From Octopus vulgaris (lineage: Eukaryota), in NCBI GenBank assembly GCA_951406725.2, contig OX597815.1, positions 160,580,001 to 160,644,000 of the forward strand: DNA of 64,000 bases, read 5' to 3'. The position numbers and the translations under genes are program-made. Below the pieces are notes generated by a model. The model was given only the letters and a program-made list of their open reading frames with translations, had not been told where the DNA came from and searched no databases. Below, piece after piece: positions 49,837 to 63,613 of this stretch; positions within the stretch are counted from its first letter, which is position 1, and every line of letters begins with the position of its first letter.

Positions 49837-52800
49837 ATAGTAGTTATGTCTTTCTTCAAGAACAATAGCCTTTCGTGGCAAGGGTATCTTTATAAGCATA
49901 AGTACATTTGATGTCTTATGCAAAAAAAGTAGTTGTGTTAGGTGCATTTGCATCAATGTAAGCTTTTTAAATTCAGTCAATAAGGTGAAGCGCGGGGAAA
50001 AGCTTAGCGTCTATGTTTAGAAGATACTAAATGTCGCTCATGGCCGATAGAAATATCACACCAAATATGCTTCGTGGAAGTAATCAGAGAAGCAAAATTT
50101 GATTCTAAAGAAGATGGAGCAGTAATCTTGAAGCGAAATAGTTTTCCATCTGCTTCTTGGTTTATAGCTATTTTTCCAAATGAAAAGAATCATTAGAATA
50201 CAGAAAATTCATAGAAACTTGGGATAAAGCATAGCTGCGCCATTATTAGACTCCTTTAAAGCGGTGTGCTGGCAGAATCATTACCACGCCGGACAAAATG
50301 CTTTGTGGCATTTCTTCCAACTTTATGTTCTGAGTTCAAATGCCACCGGGGTCGACTTTGTCTTTTATCCTTTCGGGTTTGATAAAATATGTACCAGTTG
50401 AGCAATGGAGCCGATGTAATCGACTTGTCCCATCAGATGAAATTGCTGGCTTTTTTCACATGAAATTTGAAGCCATTATTGGAGTCCTTGGTATAATGAA
50501 TATCAACAGTAAACTGCGATAGAAAATCTAGGAATCTAATTTCCCTTGGAAGATGTTTATCCAGTTTATATTGAAGAGTAAAACGTTAAAGGCTTAGTTA
50601 TGGTCATGACAAAAGTTTCATCCTTCCAGAAAATGACGACAATGCTTAATAGATAAATATGCTACTAACAAATTTCGACCGTAGGTACAATATATAGTTT
50701 CAACCGGTTTTAAGCGCCTCGAGAAAAAGAACGCCAGGAATACTAAATAAATTGTTCTGAAACCCCACCGATACCAATGTCCGAAGCATCCGCTAGCTGA
50801 GGAAGATGCACAAGGTATCGGGTAAGTCAATGACGAAGATTTGGGTAATTTGTCCGTGGTATCATCGTCAAACGATCATAATTCTTCCAGTGTTAAAGGA
50901 ATGTTCTTTTTTTTCCTCTTTTCCGATTCCATAGCAATTCAACGCATTGTGGAATGAAAAGTTCTCTAAAACTTCTTATAAACTAAAAATTTACGTAATT
51001 TTCGTAACGAAATGGAAGCTGGAAACTATAGAATTTCATCTATCGTTTCTTTCTTAGTGATTAAATGATGCGGTCCAAAAAGTTTCGAAGATGAACCTCC
51101 AAGGAAAGCCACTCGGTAATGTGCTAATCTAGTAAAAAGCTGATTTAGATGATGTTCGTGTTTCGATTCCGAAATACTGTACTTACCAGTATGAGCAAAA
51201 ATGAAATTTAAGCCAAGTTTAACTGCAGCAAATAAATATTTGGAGGAATTCTACGAATTCCAGAACAGTTTTGAAGAGAGACCTAAAATCGAACCTCACG
51301 TTTTTGAGTTGCCAGGTTTATATAGACATGTTCAATAAATCTTACAATAAATATATTCTATTATATTAATGTATGCATAACACGCAGCCTAGCTTACACG
51401 AAACAAGCAACAGCATACTCACGAAACCAGAGACAGCTTTGTCCAAATAAAAAAGACTTCTGGTAATCCTAAATCTAATAGTAACCAAAGTTAATTATTA
51501 GTCGTAGATAGTGGCGCATGAAATAGAAAAAGGAAATACAGAATTGCACGAGACGAAACCTTAAGGTCTGTATCTCTCGATTCGTGTGTCGTGATCTTTT
51601 AGCTCAATATTAGTTCCTCACTCTGACTATAGAGAAACATTTAAATTGTACAATTAAATTATCTCCTTTTACGCAGATTAGTTGTCATTCAAGAAGTTAT
51701 CTGGTATTTATTTGAAAGTTTATGTTAACGATTCTCTGGTTAAATTTTGATAAGAACTACTCTGCAAGTAAATAGAAACGGGTGCCTCAATACAAATCAT
51801 ATAAGTTTGTGGAGTTTAAAAGTAACAAATTAAGTTACTGTATTGTTATCATATAAAATACTCAAACTTACTAATATCATGTATCTAACATATGAGTATT
51901 GTTTAAATGCCAGAAGCTGCGGTTTTTCTTCCTGGAAAACACAGCATATCTCAAAACTAGGAGAAGCGAAATTACCCCAGAAATGAAGACGAGAGCGGCA
52001 GCTTTGCCTTAATTGCGGCTTATCAAGGCTGCACACGCGCCTCACTTCCGAAACGAAACCAGAATCGTTAGTCTGAAGTATAAACGGATAGTGTATAAAC
52101 CAATTGCCGATTTTCAATTGCGTCGCAGAGGTAGAATAAATTTAAATTAGACAATAGAATCAGCTCTAAACTGTAAACATTACCAGTACTACATACTTAA
52201 TTTCTTTAGAGATTTTTCCCTGACGCAAACCTGCAGCTTCTGGTGTTTAAACAATACGCGTACATTAAGTATCTGATATTACTAATGTTTACATCATAGA
52301 ACTGTTTCTACTGCATAATTTGAATTAATCTACTCAAACTTAATGTCAATAAATTTCTTCTATCGTAACTATTTACGTGTACCCTACTCTGATTTAAGTG
52401 TAAGATCGCTCGAATATTTCTTTTAAAATTATGTTCTTTCTTTGTCAGTGATATGTCAGGGTCAAGAATTTCTGTGTATGTATAATTGAACAGATATATT
52501 CACTTCAATAGGATGCTAGCCTCAAACCAATTATTTTTATTAGCTAGATAATTAACAAATTAATGTTTCATAATTTATAGATTAATTAATTTGAGAAATA
52601 GTTTTGGTCCTAGAGCATATTGTTATTACATCTTTCACTGAACGTGGAACAACTCAAACCATGTGTCACCTGGTTTGATCATTACTGGTTGATACTGAAA
52701 ATGTCATAAGAATGCACGGAATTACGAAAATCGCAGTAAGCTTCTATACAAACACGAAATAATAATATGCTGTATCCATCATATTATAGTTTCACACGTA

Positions 52801-53465
52801 ATATAATTTCACACACGACAATAAGTTGGATCCCTCTAATCCGGTAAACTTTAGACCAGTTAGGTGCCAGAGCAGTGGATTTTCAGAACCACTGAAGTTT
52901 AAAGTTTAAAGTGAGAAAATAAAGCATAAACTGCGTTGTGCTACATTACTGGTTCAACTTATATAGGCATAAACTAATTCCACGTTTACTGGACTTGTAT
53001 TGACAACTCAGAACAAATAATTGACACGTTTTTGAAGCAGATTTAATGACATGTTTTCGTTTCTACAGCGTTACCATTATTTTCACTTCTAAATGGTCGC
53101 TCAGGAGGCACGCATGGTGGTGAAATATCAGTAAAAATGGGCAATGTCTGCTCTTTATCCATCACACACGCTCATACATCATGTGGCATTCAACATATAG
53201 AACTATAGACATTGCTATAACGCTGATACTATTATTGCTGTTGCAAGTTGATAGATTGGTGAGAGGTGACAAACACAAAAACGCACACATCGACACGCTT
53301 GACAAACGGTGTTGATTTGTTCACGTTCTCGTAACTTAGCAATTCGATATTAGGGACCAATAAAATAAGTACCAGACTTTAGAAAAAATTAAATACCAAG
53401 GTCAATCAGAGGCCGCAGTCCACTGACTGAAACTAATAAAAGACAAAAGACAAAAAATTAAATTA

Positions 53466-54746
53466 CACGGGTCAACAAAATAAAACTTTTATTTTCCGGC
53501 ATAAAATCTTAGAGCTGTTTTAGACTAATTTTTTGGCTGCTGATTCCATAACTGGCCTCAGATTTGTTCTATTACATCATACTTTTATGCCGTTGAAATA
53601 TACCTTTATTTACCTGCAGCATACCAAAAGTTAACTTTACACCACTATTTGCGAGAATTTTGGTTGGATTGTCTTACTAATTTTGAATATGTTCAAGCTG
53701 AGGTTTTCTTTAAAACCCTATTTTTTTCTTTTCGGGTGTGAACTGAACCACTGCATTCTAGTTATGATACAACATCAAAGGGAAGGACGTGTTGTAATGA
53801 CCACGATGTGTTCTGTTACATCTGTGGAAACTCCACTCCACAGGCTCAAATGCACATCATTAATAACTTTGTCAAGAAGGTGTATCTTGCTTACTTTAAA
53901 GTAGCACTTGGAGACCAGGACAAAACCTGGGTTCCCCACAAAGTTTGCAAAACCTGTGTTGAAAATTGGTGCGATGAAGCAATTTATCAGAGCTCTTGAT
54001 CACCGTGGAAACTGATTCAGATATATATGTACCTTTCCAAGTCTCAGTGAATCTACATTTTGTTACAACAATGAGTGCGGCTGAGGCTAGAACTTGGAAT
54101 GCTTTCTCTGATGTGATGCAGAATTTCCTTGAGAACAAGAAAGAGGACAACAATGAAGAGATTGTGGAGGAGCTGCTCTTGAGTTTGCAAGCACTCGGAT
54201 GTAGAATGAGCATTAAAATGCACTACTTACGCAGTCACTTGTGTGAATTTTCAGAGAACATGGGTGATGTTAGCAAAGAACAAGGTGAATGATTTCATCA
54301 AGATGTAAAAGTAATGGAAGAACGCTACCAAGGCTCAAACATGGAGCTTGATGAGAGACATTCCAGAGGCCGTATGCAAGAGGTCGTAAAATAAAAAAAG
54401 GAAGTTCTTGCAGTAATATGATCAGAATGAATGACCAAAATGAATAGAGATTTTGTATTCATATTTTGTTATCACCAAGCTTAGTTTTAACATGCTAAGG
54501 TGCATTTACTCCAGCATCTTCGTGTTTTGATTTATCAGATTAAGAAAAATACATATTGTCTATTAAAAATCGCATCTACGTATGTTTAATTCTTCCTTTA
54601 TTAGCATTAAATAGCTGTTTCTAGATTTTCTACCTTAAAAATCTGATGGGATAGATAAAATCTGATGCCAGATTTGGATTCAGCACCCCAAAATTAGTTA
54701 AAGATCGTGTATAAACCTTGTGCCAGAAAATATGTGTTGACCAGTG
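53466..54746 (+). mobile_element. Chapaev3-type DNA transposon, internally deleted transposase
   Basis: TIRs CACGGGTCAACA / TGTTGACCAGTG; TTA TSD both sides; FCYICG..LGDQDKTWVPHKVCKTC and LGCRMSIKMHYLRSHL..EQGE.FHQDVKVMEERYQG. Confidence 0.85.
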
Positions 54747-56121
54747 TTATCAAAGAAGTAAAGGACTTATATTAGAATATCAAATGATACAAGCGCGTCA
54801 TAAGTCATGTATCTGCTCACTGATAACAATATCCGACTCATATATAGACACCAACAAAACATTATGTGAAATTGTGTTTAAAATTTACGTATCGTATCTG
54901 GTTTAAATATTTCATTTCTAGAAAAAATCTCCACTCCTCTAAACGCCCAAAACCTCACAAAGTATCATCTTAATATGCTTTTCTTTCTGTGAGCCTGTAA
55001 GGTGACGCCTAAAATGAAACGCATCCACCCAGTTTAGGAACCAATGTTCAATAATGATGTTGTCAGCTATTTTCTTTATCCTTTATCTTTTACTTGTTTC
55101 AATCATTGGATTGCGGCCATGCTGAGGCTATAGAAGAAGACACTTGCCCAAAGTGCCACACAGTGGAACTGAATCCTGAACTATGTAGCAAGGAAGCAAG
55201 CTTCTTATCACACAGCCACGCCTTTTCCTTTGGTCGGCTCGAGGCTACAGTAGAAGAGAAGACACTCGCCCAAAGTCCCACACTGAGACTGAACCCGGGA
55301 CCATGTGGTTGGGAAATAAGCTTCTTACCACAAAGCCACGCCTTCGCCTACTTATTGGAAATGCTGTATTTTACTTTCTTATAACCGTAACCATTTCTGT
55401 TTAGTTCTCTTCTCGTGCAGTTAAACAATACAGTCAATGGCTTTAATTTCAATTTAAATTATGTTAGAGATTTGATAGAACAACATTTTAACTGAATATT
55501 GAAAAGAGAAAATAAAATAAGTTACGTTTTATTATAGCCGCAAAATATTGCTGTTAACAGGTGGCGGATGTCACCAAGCAAATTTAATAATGAATGCTCT
55601 TCATTTGCTTCCGTGTACGAGTGGAGTCTTTGAAATTTCCTTTATTAGGTAATAAATTAATTGACAATTTATATATACACGTGCGTAAGCACACACGCAC
55701 ATGCACACAATGTTATGATGTATTGTGTATACACGGCAAATAACCAGTTTCACTGCAGCTCAATATAGTTCACCACATTAAACAACTAACATAACGTGTA
55801 TAATTGGTGGCACTCCGTCGGTTGCAACGACGAGGCTTCCAGTTGATCCGATCAACGGAACAGCCTGAGCACTCCACAGACACGACACGTGTACCCTTAA
55901 TGTTGTTCTCAGGGAGATTCAGCGTGACACGGTGTGACAAGGCTGGCCCTTTGAAATACAGGTACAACAGAAACAGCAAGAAAGGGTGTTAAAGTTATCG
56001 TGTTTGGGTAATTTCAACCAATGAATGATGTCTGTTGAGCTCAATAAGGTTACTGCTGTTGTTTGTCAACAACAGCTTTCGGTGGTGTATATTTCGTTTG
56101 TACACAGTGCGTTTTACGTTT

Positions 56122-56452
56122 CTGCCAGCTCACCGCCTTGTGCGTTTTAGTGGGGGCTAAACAAAGAGGGGACAAACAAGGACAGGCAAAGGGATTAAGT
56201 CGATTACATCGATCCCAGTGTGTAACTGGTACTTATTTAATCGAGCCCGAAAGGATGAAAGGCAAAGTTGACTTCAGCGGAATTTGAACTCAGAACGTAA
56301 CGGCGGACGAAATACCTATTTGTTTACTACCCTTTCGGGGTCGATTAAATAAGTACCAGTTACGCACTGGGGTAGATATAATCGACTTAATCCGGTTGTC
56401 TGCCCTTGTTTGTCCTCTCTGTGTTTAGCTCCTTGTGGGTAGTAAAGAAATA
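56122..56452. mobile_element. Two Nin-domain SINE pieces in inverted orientation
   Basis: About 56150-56255 is the reverse complement of about 56331-56435. Confidence 0.8.
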
Positions 56453-58256
56453 GGTAGTGGTGGACAAACACAGACACAAAATAACACATACGCACACATA
56501 TATAGACACATTCACGCCCGCATATACGACTAGCTTCATTCAGTTTCTGTCTACCTAATTCACTCACGCTACAGTAGAAGACACTTGCCCGAGGTGCAAC
56601 GCAGTGGGACTGAACCCGATAGCATGTGGTTTGGAAGCAAATTTCTCACTACTCAGCCAAGCCTGTTGTTTTCTTCTTTTTCTTCTGTTGATACATGTAT
56701 TAAGATTGTTGTTCCCATTGACACCATCAATACTTATATTGTAATTCCATACTCCCTCACCCCTCCTGTTTCATTTGTACGTCTGCATACAATGATTTAT
56801 TACGTGCACGTACGTACGCAAGTGAATGCGTGCGCGCACTTATTTGCTTTGCATGGACGAACAAATCACATGACTTTAAATTCGTATAACAATTTCGCAC
56901 ATAAACATAACGCAACGCATTCTAAAGATATCTAATCGAATTAATCGATCCCAGCGCCTGTTGATTGATTACCTGCAGTGAATTAAGTCGCTGTTGTTTA
57001 TTTCAGTGATCTCTCAATGATAAAAAGTGAAGCAGACCTGGAAGAATTTGTGTAAAGAACTTAAAGCAAAATCAGTTGAATATCGAAAATTAATTCTTCC
57101 AGTGTAGCAATGTCAAATTGCCTTCGAATTCACTTTACTTCCTGCTTAACATGAAATCGTGTACAGGTTGCTGTGAGGTTGGATGAAATCGATTTCCAGC
57201 TAATCCAAGGTGATAACAGGAAGGTAATTTTATTTGGAACCCATACGATTTCAGATTATCCCCTCAAAACATTTATTTATTTGTTTATCGCATTTTATTA
57301 CCTTCACTGCCGCCATCGTCATATTAGGAGTATATAAAAAATCAGGTTCATGTTGGTTACCCTTACGGCCGAGTAACGGAGACTAATATGAAATCAATTT
57401 CAGATTATCGAGAGGCAAATGGAAATACGCAGTGCTTGAAGACGTTAATCCCGAGATCATATTGGTTCGTTCACTGCACGGTATTTGTTTAGCGTTTAAT
57501 AAATATATATATAAGTTGTCACACAGTATCGTTTGACTTTTTTTTTTCCAAAGCAATATTAATGTGTCCGCTTTCAGTTACATGAAATATATTTCTATAT
57601 ATTTTAAATCTTTTGATACCAAGCCACCTGAGACCACTTCTAGTTTTGTGTTATGCCGATGGTTCCAACCTTTTCACAGTGGTTTCCAACCCTTTTATTT
57701 AAATGAGTTTTCTCGCAAACCCATTTTAATATGCTTATCTTTATATGTGTATAAATATATATATATATGGATCTTTTCCTTTTGGACGCACTTTTCAACA
57801 CAATTTCTAGTTAACTAAACACCTTAAAACTTCGTATATTGGTAGAATGTGTCAAAATAAAACATTCTTTTGTCTTGGCTTTCTCGAGAAAATTGTAATT
57901 TGTTTGTTTAACGTAGTTTAATTTTTCGAATTTTAACCACGTGGATATAAGAGAAAAATGTGAATTCTACTTTCGCAGCATATTTCTGCGAGTGTGGACG
58001 GATATTAGTTAAGCGAAGTCGCAGCTCGTTTACATATTCGTGGACACTCGTATATTTATCCTTTGGAATACCGACGCTGATGAGGGCAATAGGTAATTAC
58101 GATCCTCTATCGGTTAACTACAAGTTTTAATTCATTTTCTTTCTTTTGCTAGCCTATAAGGTGTTTTTTCTCGGAGAATTTATGGTAGTTATAGTATCTT
58201 TTGACGTTTATTTTTCCAAGCCCTTGTTATAATTATGTATATGATTATAAATTATT

Positions 58257-58313
<57 letters not shown>

Positions 58314-58552
58314 TAAAAGGTTGAATGCGAGTTCGTCCTTTAATTGGAGTAATTTCCAAAGATTTCAAACGTTGTTTCTTCATACTTTACTTTCGAATTT
58401 ACGAGTGCAAGTTATTGTAGATATGAAAACTTTTATAGAAATACTCAGTATATGATTTAACTTATTAAACACAGTTTAACAAATTCATTCATATTTATGT
58501 AAATAGAAAATATTAGATGTTAAAATGGATTATAATTTTTATTACTCGTATC

Positions 58553-58633
58553 GCTATACAGTTTGTTTCGTACAAAAGAACAGAAATATTCATAATAGAA
58601 AATCGGAGTTGTCAAATTGTACTCGTCAGTAGC
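58553..58633 (-). ncRNA. Type I hammerhead ribozyme
   Basis: Minus: GCUA-CUGACGA-GUACAA...UUGUAC-GAAA-CAAACUG-UA/UAGC; inverted 3' half at about 58732-58787. Confidence 0.85.
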
Positions 58634-58785
58634 TCGGTTAAACCCCATCTCAAAAAAAAAAAAAAAACGTTAGAAGCACATAGATTTTCTATTCGTAATC
58701 ATGTTGTAATGTGTTGTTTGTTCTTGGAGTCATTATGAATATCTCTGTCCTTTTGTACGAAACCAATTGTATAGCAACATGAGTA

Positions 58786-59631
58786 ATATATATATAAAGC
58801 TGAAGTTGTCTGTCTGTGTGTGTGTGTGTGGCAGGTTTGGTAGCCTTCAACTAACACTATCTCCTCTGAGCCCCTGCGACGCAAGTTTACCAAAATTGAG
58901 AGTATGATAGAAGGCTTGCTCTTCATTCCGTAAATGAAGAAAAAAATTCAAATCGGACCAAGTTTAGACCAAAAATTATTTACATCAGAAAGGTGCTTTT
59001 TTTCTATGAAAATCCCTATTTTTTAAAAGATTTTTTGACTGCTGTGTCGCTATTTTTCGGTATATTTCAACCAGAAAAAATACGATCTGTATGCTGTTAC
59101 AATCTACGATGTTCAAGTCAAACTTTCAATGGGTATGTTTTGATTTTACAGATTTTTTTAGTTATACGTGATGTAAAATAGTCGATTTTATTCATTTTTA
59201 CAGGTACAACTACGATTCATGTTGCCCACTCGTTTGGCTTCAAAATAACATTTTTTGCTTTTTTTGTAACCACAAACTGTTCTTACTAACGTTTTGGATT
59301 TTCCTGTACTTTTTCTTAATGAATAGTGTTGCAGTGTTAACTTCTTAATAGATTTTCAGTGCAATTCGAAATTTGAGCTTCATTTTGCTTTAAATCTACG
59401 GTAATTTTTTCTCTCCATAATGTTAATAGAAGGGATATTAGCCAACAATACTAACAATTGAAGTCGGCATTACACATTTGTAGCACATTCAGAGAAAACT
59501 CGAGCATCGCCACACTATACTTTTATTCATAGATTGAAACCATGTCAAAACTTCGTTAACGTGACATCAAAGTCTGCTGGTTTAAGCGCAACTAAAAAAC
59601 AAACCCGAGCGACGCCGGGCTATACTGCTAG
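58786..59631 (+). mobile_element. Non-autonomous Helitron
   Basis: 5' TATATATAAAGCTGAAGTTGTCTGTCTG(TG)n; 3' hairpin CCCG-agcgacgc-CGGG then CTAG|T. Confidence 0.75.
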
Positions 59632-60055
59632 TATAGTATAGTATAGTTGAATTAGTTTACGGACTCCCAGTACTACGTTTGCGGACCTCAGGTCAAATAT
59701 GCAAATTATAAAGATAATTAATTGCTTTACTAAACAGTGTTGTAAAGGTGAAAAAATAAATTTGGGAAAAAAATACACGCCAAAACTAATTAATAAAGGA
59801 TAATTAGGGAAGGATTGACACAAAATAATAATTTTTTCTGTCTCTTTTTTTCTGATAAATGCATCTTAATAAGTGAGAAGAATTGCATATATCTGAACTA
59901 TTTCAAAGAAAAGCATAAATTTAATGTTTAAAATAGCTTTAACCAAGGAATGAGATCCAACATTTCTTCACTTTTTCCAGAATTTCTTCTCTTTATTTTT
60001 TTTTTTTGCGAAATACGGAGTTTATGATTCATGTGTGAGTGTGTGTTCTTGATAC

Positions 60056-60530
60056 TCGTTTAGAACAAGTAGTTTTACACCAATTACACTATTTTTTCTT
60101 AGTTTAAAGGCCGTGGACTGAAGATGTGAAATTTCCGAAGCCTCTCCCCCACCCCCCTTTCGCGAGCGCGCATTTTTTTCATGATAGTCGTTTAGAGCAA
60201 GTTGTTTTACACCTATTACGCTGTTTTTGTTTTTGTTTTTGTGCCCGGTTCAGACGCTTTCGGAAATTCCCGATATAAATATTCCGAAGCCTCTCCCCCC
60301 ACCTCTCTTTCTCGAGAGCGCATTTTTTTTTTCATATTCGTTTAGAGCAAGTTGTTTTACACATATTACACTATTTTTGTTTTGTTTTGGTGCCCGGGTC
60401 AGCCCCTCAGACGCTTTCGGAACTTCCCGATGTGAATTTTCCGAGGCCTCTCCCCCACCCCCCTTTCGCGTGCGCGAATTTTTTTTTCATATTCGTTCAT
60501 AGGAAGTTGTTTTACACCTATTACACACAT
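60056..60530. repeat. Diverged tandem repeat, 130-155-bp period, 3+ copies
   Basis: Recurring CGTTTAGAGCAAGTTGTTTTACACC.ATTAC and TTCCGAAGCCTCTCCCCC..GCGC. Confidence 0.85.
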
Positions 60531-60662
60531 TTTTTTTTTGATTTTCTGATATTTGTTACGCCCTATATTAACCCAAAATAGTTACATAACACGTGATTCG
60601 AGTTTACAGATTTTTCGAGAAAATTTTTATGACCTTAATTCAAATCAAGGCAATGAAAGAAC

Positions 60663-60666
<4 letters not shown>

Positions 60667-60736
<70 letters not shown>
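60667..60736. repeat. (GA)n microsatellite
   Basis: Direct reading. Confidence 0.95.
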
Positions 60737-60739
<3 letters not shown>

Positions 60740-61907
60740 TGGGGGGAGGGAGAGAGAGAGAGTTCAGACACAGTCAACGGTGCGAAAGAGAGTGACAGAC
60801 TTGTCTAGTATGGAGGCACTGAGCCAAAAGACAGCCAATGAATTTTTAATTTTTTCACTTGGTTGATATTGTCAAAATTAGGCTCTGCACACTACTTTTT
60901 TCTGATTAGCTTAAAAATCTGATTGGATAAAATGTCTGAGTTAACCTGCAGTTTATTATCTTTAAAAAAAAAAGTGAAAGTGAATTGTTATAAAAAATTT
61001 GAAAGTAAATTGCTATAGAAACCGGAAGTGACAACTAAAAACTAGATGGAACTTATTCATATAGTCCGAGTGAATGTAAAGCAACAGCCCCACCGCTTTC
61101 CGCCGGTTCTTCTTCTACGGCTCATTAATCATGCATTGCTCGCATGTAATTGTTGGCTAGCATGCATCAGCACGCAAGCCACTGAATTGCCTTTTCAGTA
61201 GTGTTCCTTGCTGGGTAGAGTACGTTGGAATGGTGTACCTCAACTGCTCTTTCTGTAATACTTAATACAACGTTAGACTATTCTATATATGTAGATGTGA
61301 ACATGGCTTAATTAAGGAGTTCTTTATCTTCCATTTGTGAAATTTTGGTATATCATTATCGCCAATTTCATTTTCTATCACAATTTACTAAAATTGTTTT
61401 TAAAGACAATTTACTTAAACTATTTTACGACGGTAAACTGCAAGTTGGTCAAATGCCTGATCGGCATGATGGCAATGAATCTAAAATGACCGCATATGGG
61501 GAAAAAAACAAACTTCTAGATAAAATACCATATATTACGATGATGATATTAAAATACCATCTGCTTGAGACAGCTACACATATTTACTGATATTTAGAAA
61601 GAGTTTTACGGATAACACTATCAAACATGCCCTTCTTTAATAAATTTGGGTTAACTAGATGTCAAAATGTCTCCTAAATGCAATTTATCAACTTGCTTCT
61701 TCTGTAACTTATAACCTAGCTTTTCCAAAATCTAATAAATCAAGAGTGATTAATTGATACATATTTAAAGAAACTAAAAAACAGAAGAGCCTTCATAACT
61801 ATTCAGAATCATGAGCATGTAACTTCAGAAGCGTATATCCTTTTGCCTTTCAAGATTCTTCTTTTTTACGTTCTCTGCAGAAATTACATTAAGATTACAG
61901 TAGTACA

Positions 61908-62138
61908 AGGCGACGAGCTGGCAGAACCGTTAGCACGCCGAGCGAAATGTGTAGCCGTATTTCGTCTGCCGTTACGTTCTGAGTTCAAATTCCGCCGAGG
62001 TCGACTTTGCCTTTCATCCTTTCGGTGTCGATAAATTAAGAACCAGTTACGCACTGGGGTCGAAGTAATCGACTTGATCCGTTTGCCTGTCCTTGTTTGT
62101 CCCCTCTATGTTTAGCCCCTTGTGGGTAATAAAGAAAC
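61908..62138 (+). mobile_element. Nin-domain SINE (family B), well preserved
   Basis: GGCGACGAGCTGGCAGAACCGTTAGC..GAGTTCAAATTCCGCCGAGGTCGACTTTGCCTTTCATCCTTTCGG..GATAAATTAAG. Confidence 0.9.
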
Positions 62139-63613
62139 AGATTACAGTAGTAGTAGTAGTAGTAGCTGTTGTTGTTGCTGCTGCTGCTGCTGCTGTTGTT
62201 GTTGTTAAGCAACAAGACGGGTAAGGGTGATTAGGTGATGGTCTAAGGCTTAGGGGCGGGAGACCCCAGACCTTGGAAAAACAAAACTTTGGTCGTCTTG
62301 TTGTGGTCGAGGGCTCTTCGTTGACGCCCGACACCACTGGGAGGTGGCCCTCGAAATCGCTGGAAATGGAGATCTCCAGGTCCAAATTCTTGAACGGCTG
62401 TTGTTGTAGCTGCTGTTGTTTAGACCCCAGTCAATTTCTTTAGTAACCATGAGGTTGAGAAAAAGCGAGGACGATATGAGGACAGTCAAAACAAACATTG
62501 GGGTCAGGTTATCGAATGAGACGAAACGAATAAACAAACAATTAAAATCCAACTGCGATCGAGCAAACCTCTGATTAAAACTTTTGCGAGCCACTGTCTG
62601 AGAACCACTGCAGCACTGTGTGATGCAATGGAGACTTGACTGTTATGGCTAGCAAATAAAACAGCTATGTAGAGGCCGTTTTGCTGACTCAAAGAAGGAA
62701 GTGGCGTAGAAATCTAAAAGGATTGCATCAAATGAAAAGTGTAAGGTGGTGGTTTCAGCTTGATGAATGATAGTTTTAAAACTTACAACATGATAAAAAA
62801 AAATTCTTATTGCAACTTTGAATGTCATCAGCATTCAAAGACATTCAAAAGCGTATCTTTTTATTTAACGTTAACTGGATTAAAATTTTGACACAAAGCC
62901 AGCAATTTTACGAGAGAGGTGAGTCGATCACATCGACCACGTTTCTCTACTGGTAAGTTCTTTATAGACTCCGAAACAATGACAGGCATATCGACCTCGG
63001 CAGAATTTGAACTCAGAACATAAAGAGCCGGGAGTATTTTGCTCGGCGTGCAGACGGTTCTACTAGCTTCGAAACTTAGCTCAAGGCAAATAGTTTGATG
63101 GTAGGGGATAAGTCAATTACATCATTTCCAGAGCTCAACAGATACTTATTTTGTTGACCCTGAAAGAATGAAAGCAATGTCCACCTCGGTGAAATTTAAA
63201 CGTAAAGAGTTGGAAGAAAAATGCTGCGAAGCATTTTGTCGGGTGTGCTAATGATTCTGCTAAGTTGCTGTCTTTAAGTAGATACATTAATTAAAAATGA
63301 ATCCACAGTTTGTTCAGTGAACGAAATATCGTGCGTTGAATTGTTCCACTCATTTCTTATTCTGTCTTATAATTTCTTTATTTATTATTAATAGTTTGAA
63401 AACTTCAGAGCAGCAATGAAATACGATGTCGTATTAAGTTATGTCGCTTTATCCCTTTAGTTAGTGAGTTAAAATACGGAGGTAGTCAGCTGGGCCTTTC
63501 ATCCGTTCGTGGTCCATACACTAAAGTAGAGGTCAAGTACTGGGAGTTATATTATCGATAATACCTTTTTGCAAAATTTGAAACCTTGTTTATATGTTAG
63601 AAATTAATATACT

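Noticed and set aside
58070-58115. CTGATGA with ACCGA/TCGGT flanks
   Set aside because: GAAA and stem III absent; at most a deleted HHR
255-62138. tRNA genes
   Set aside because: A/B boxes belong to SINE heads; no complete cloverleaf seen
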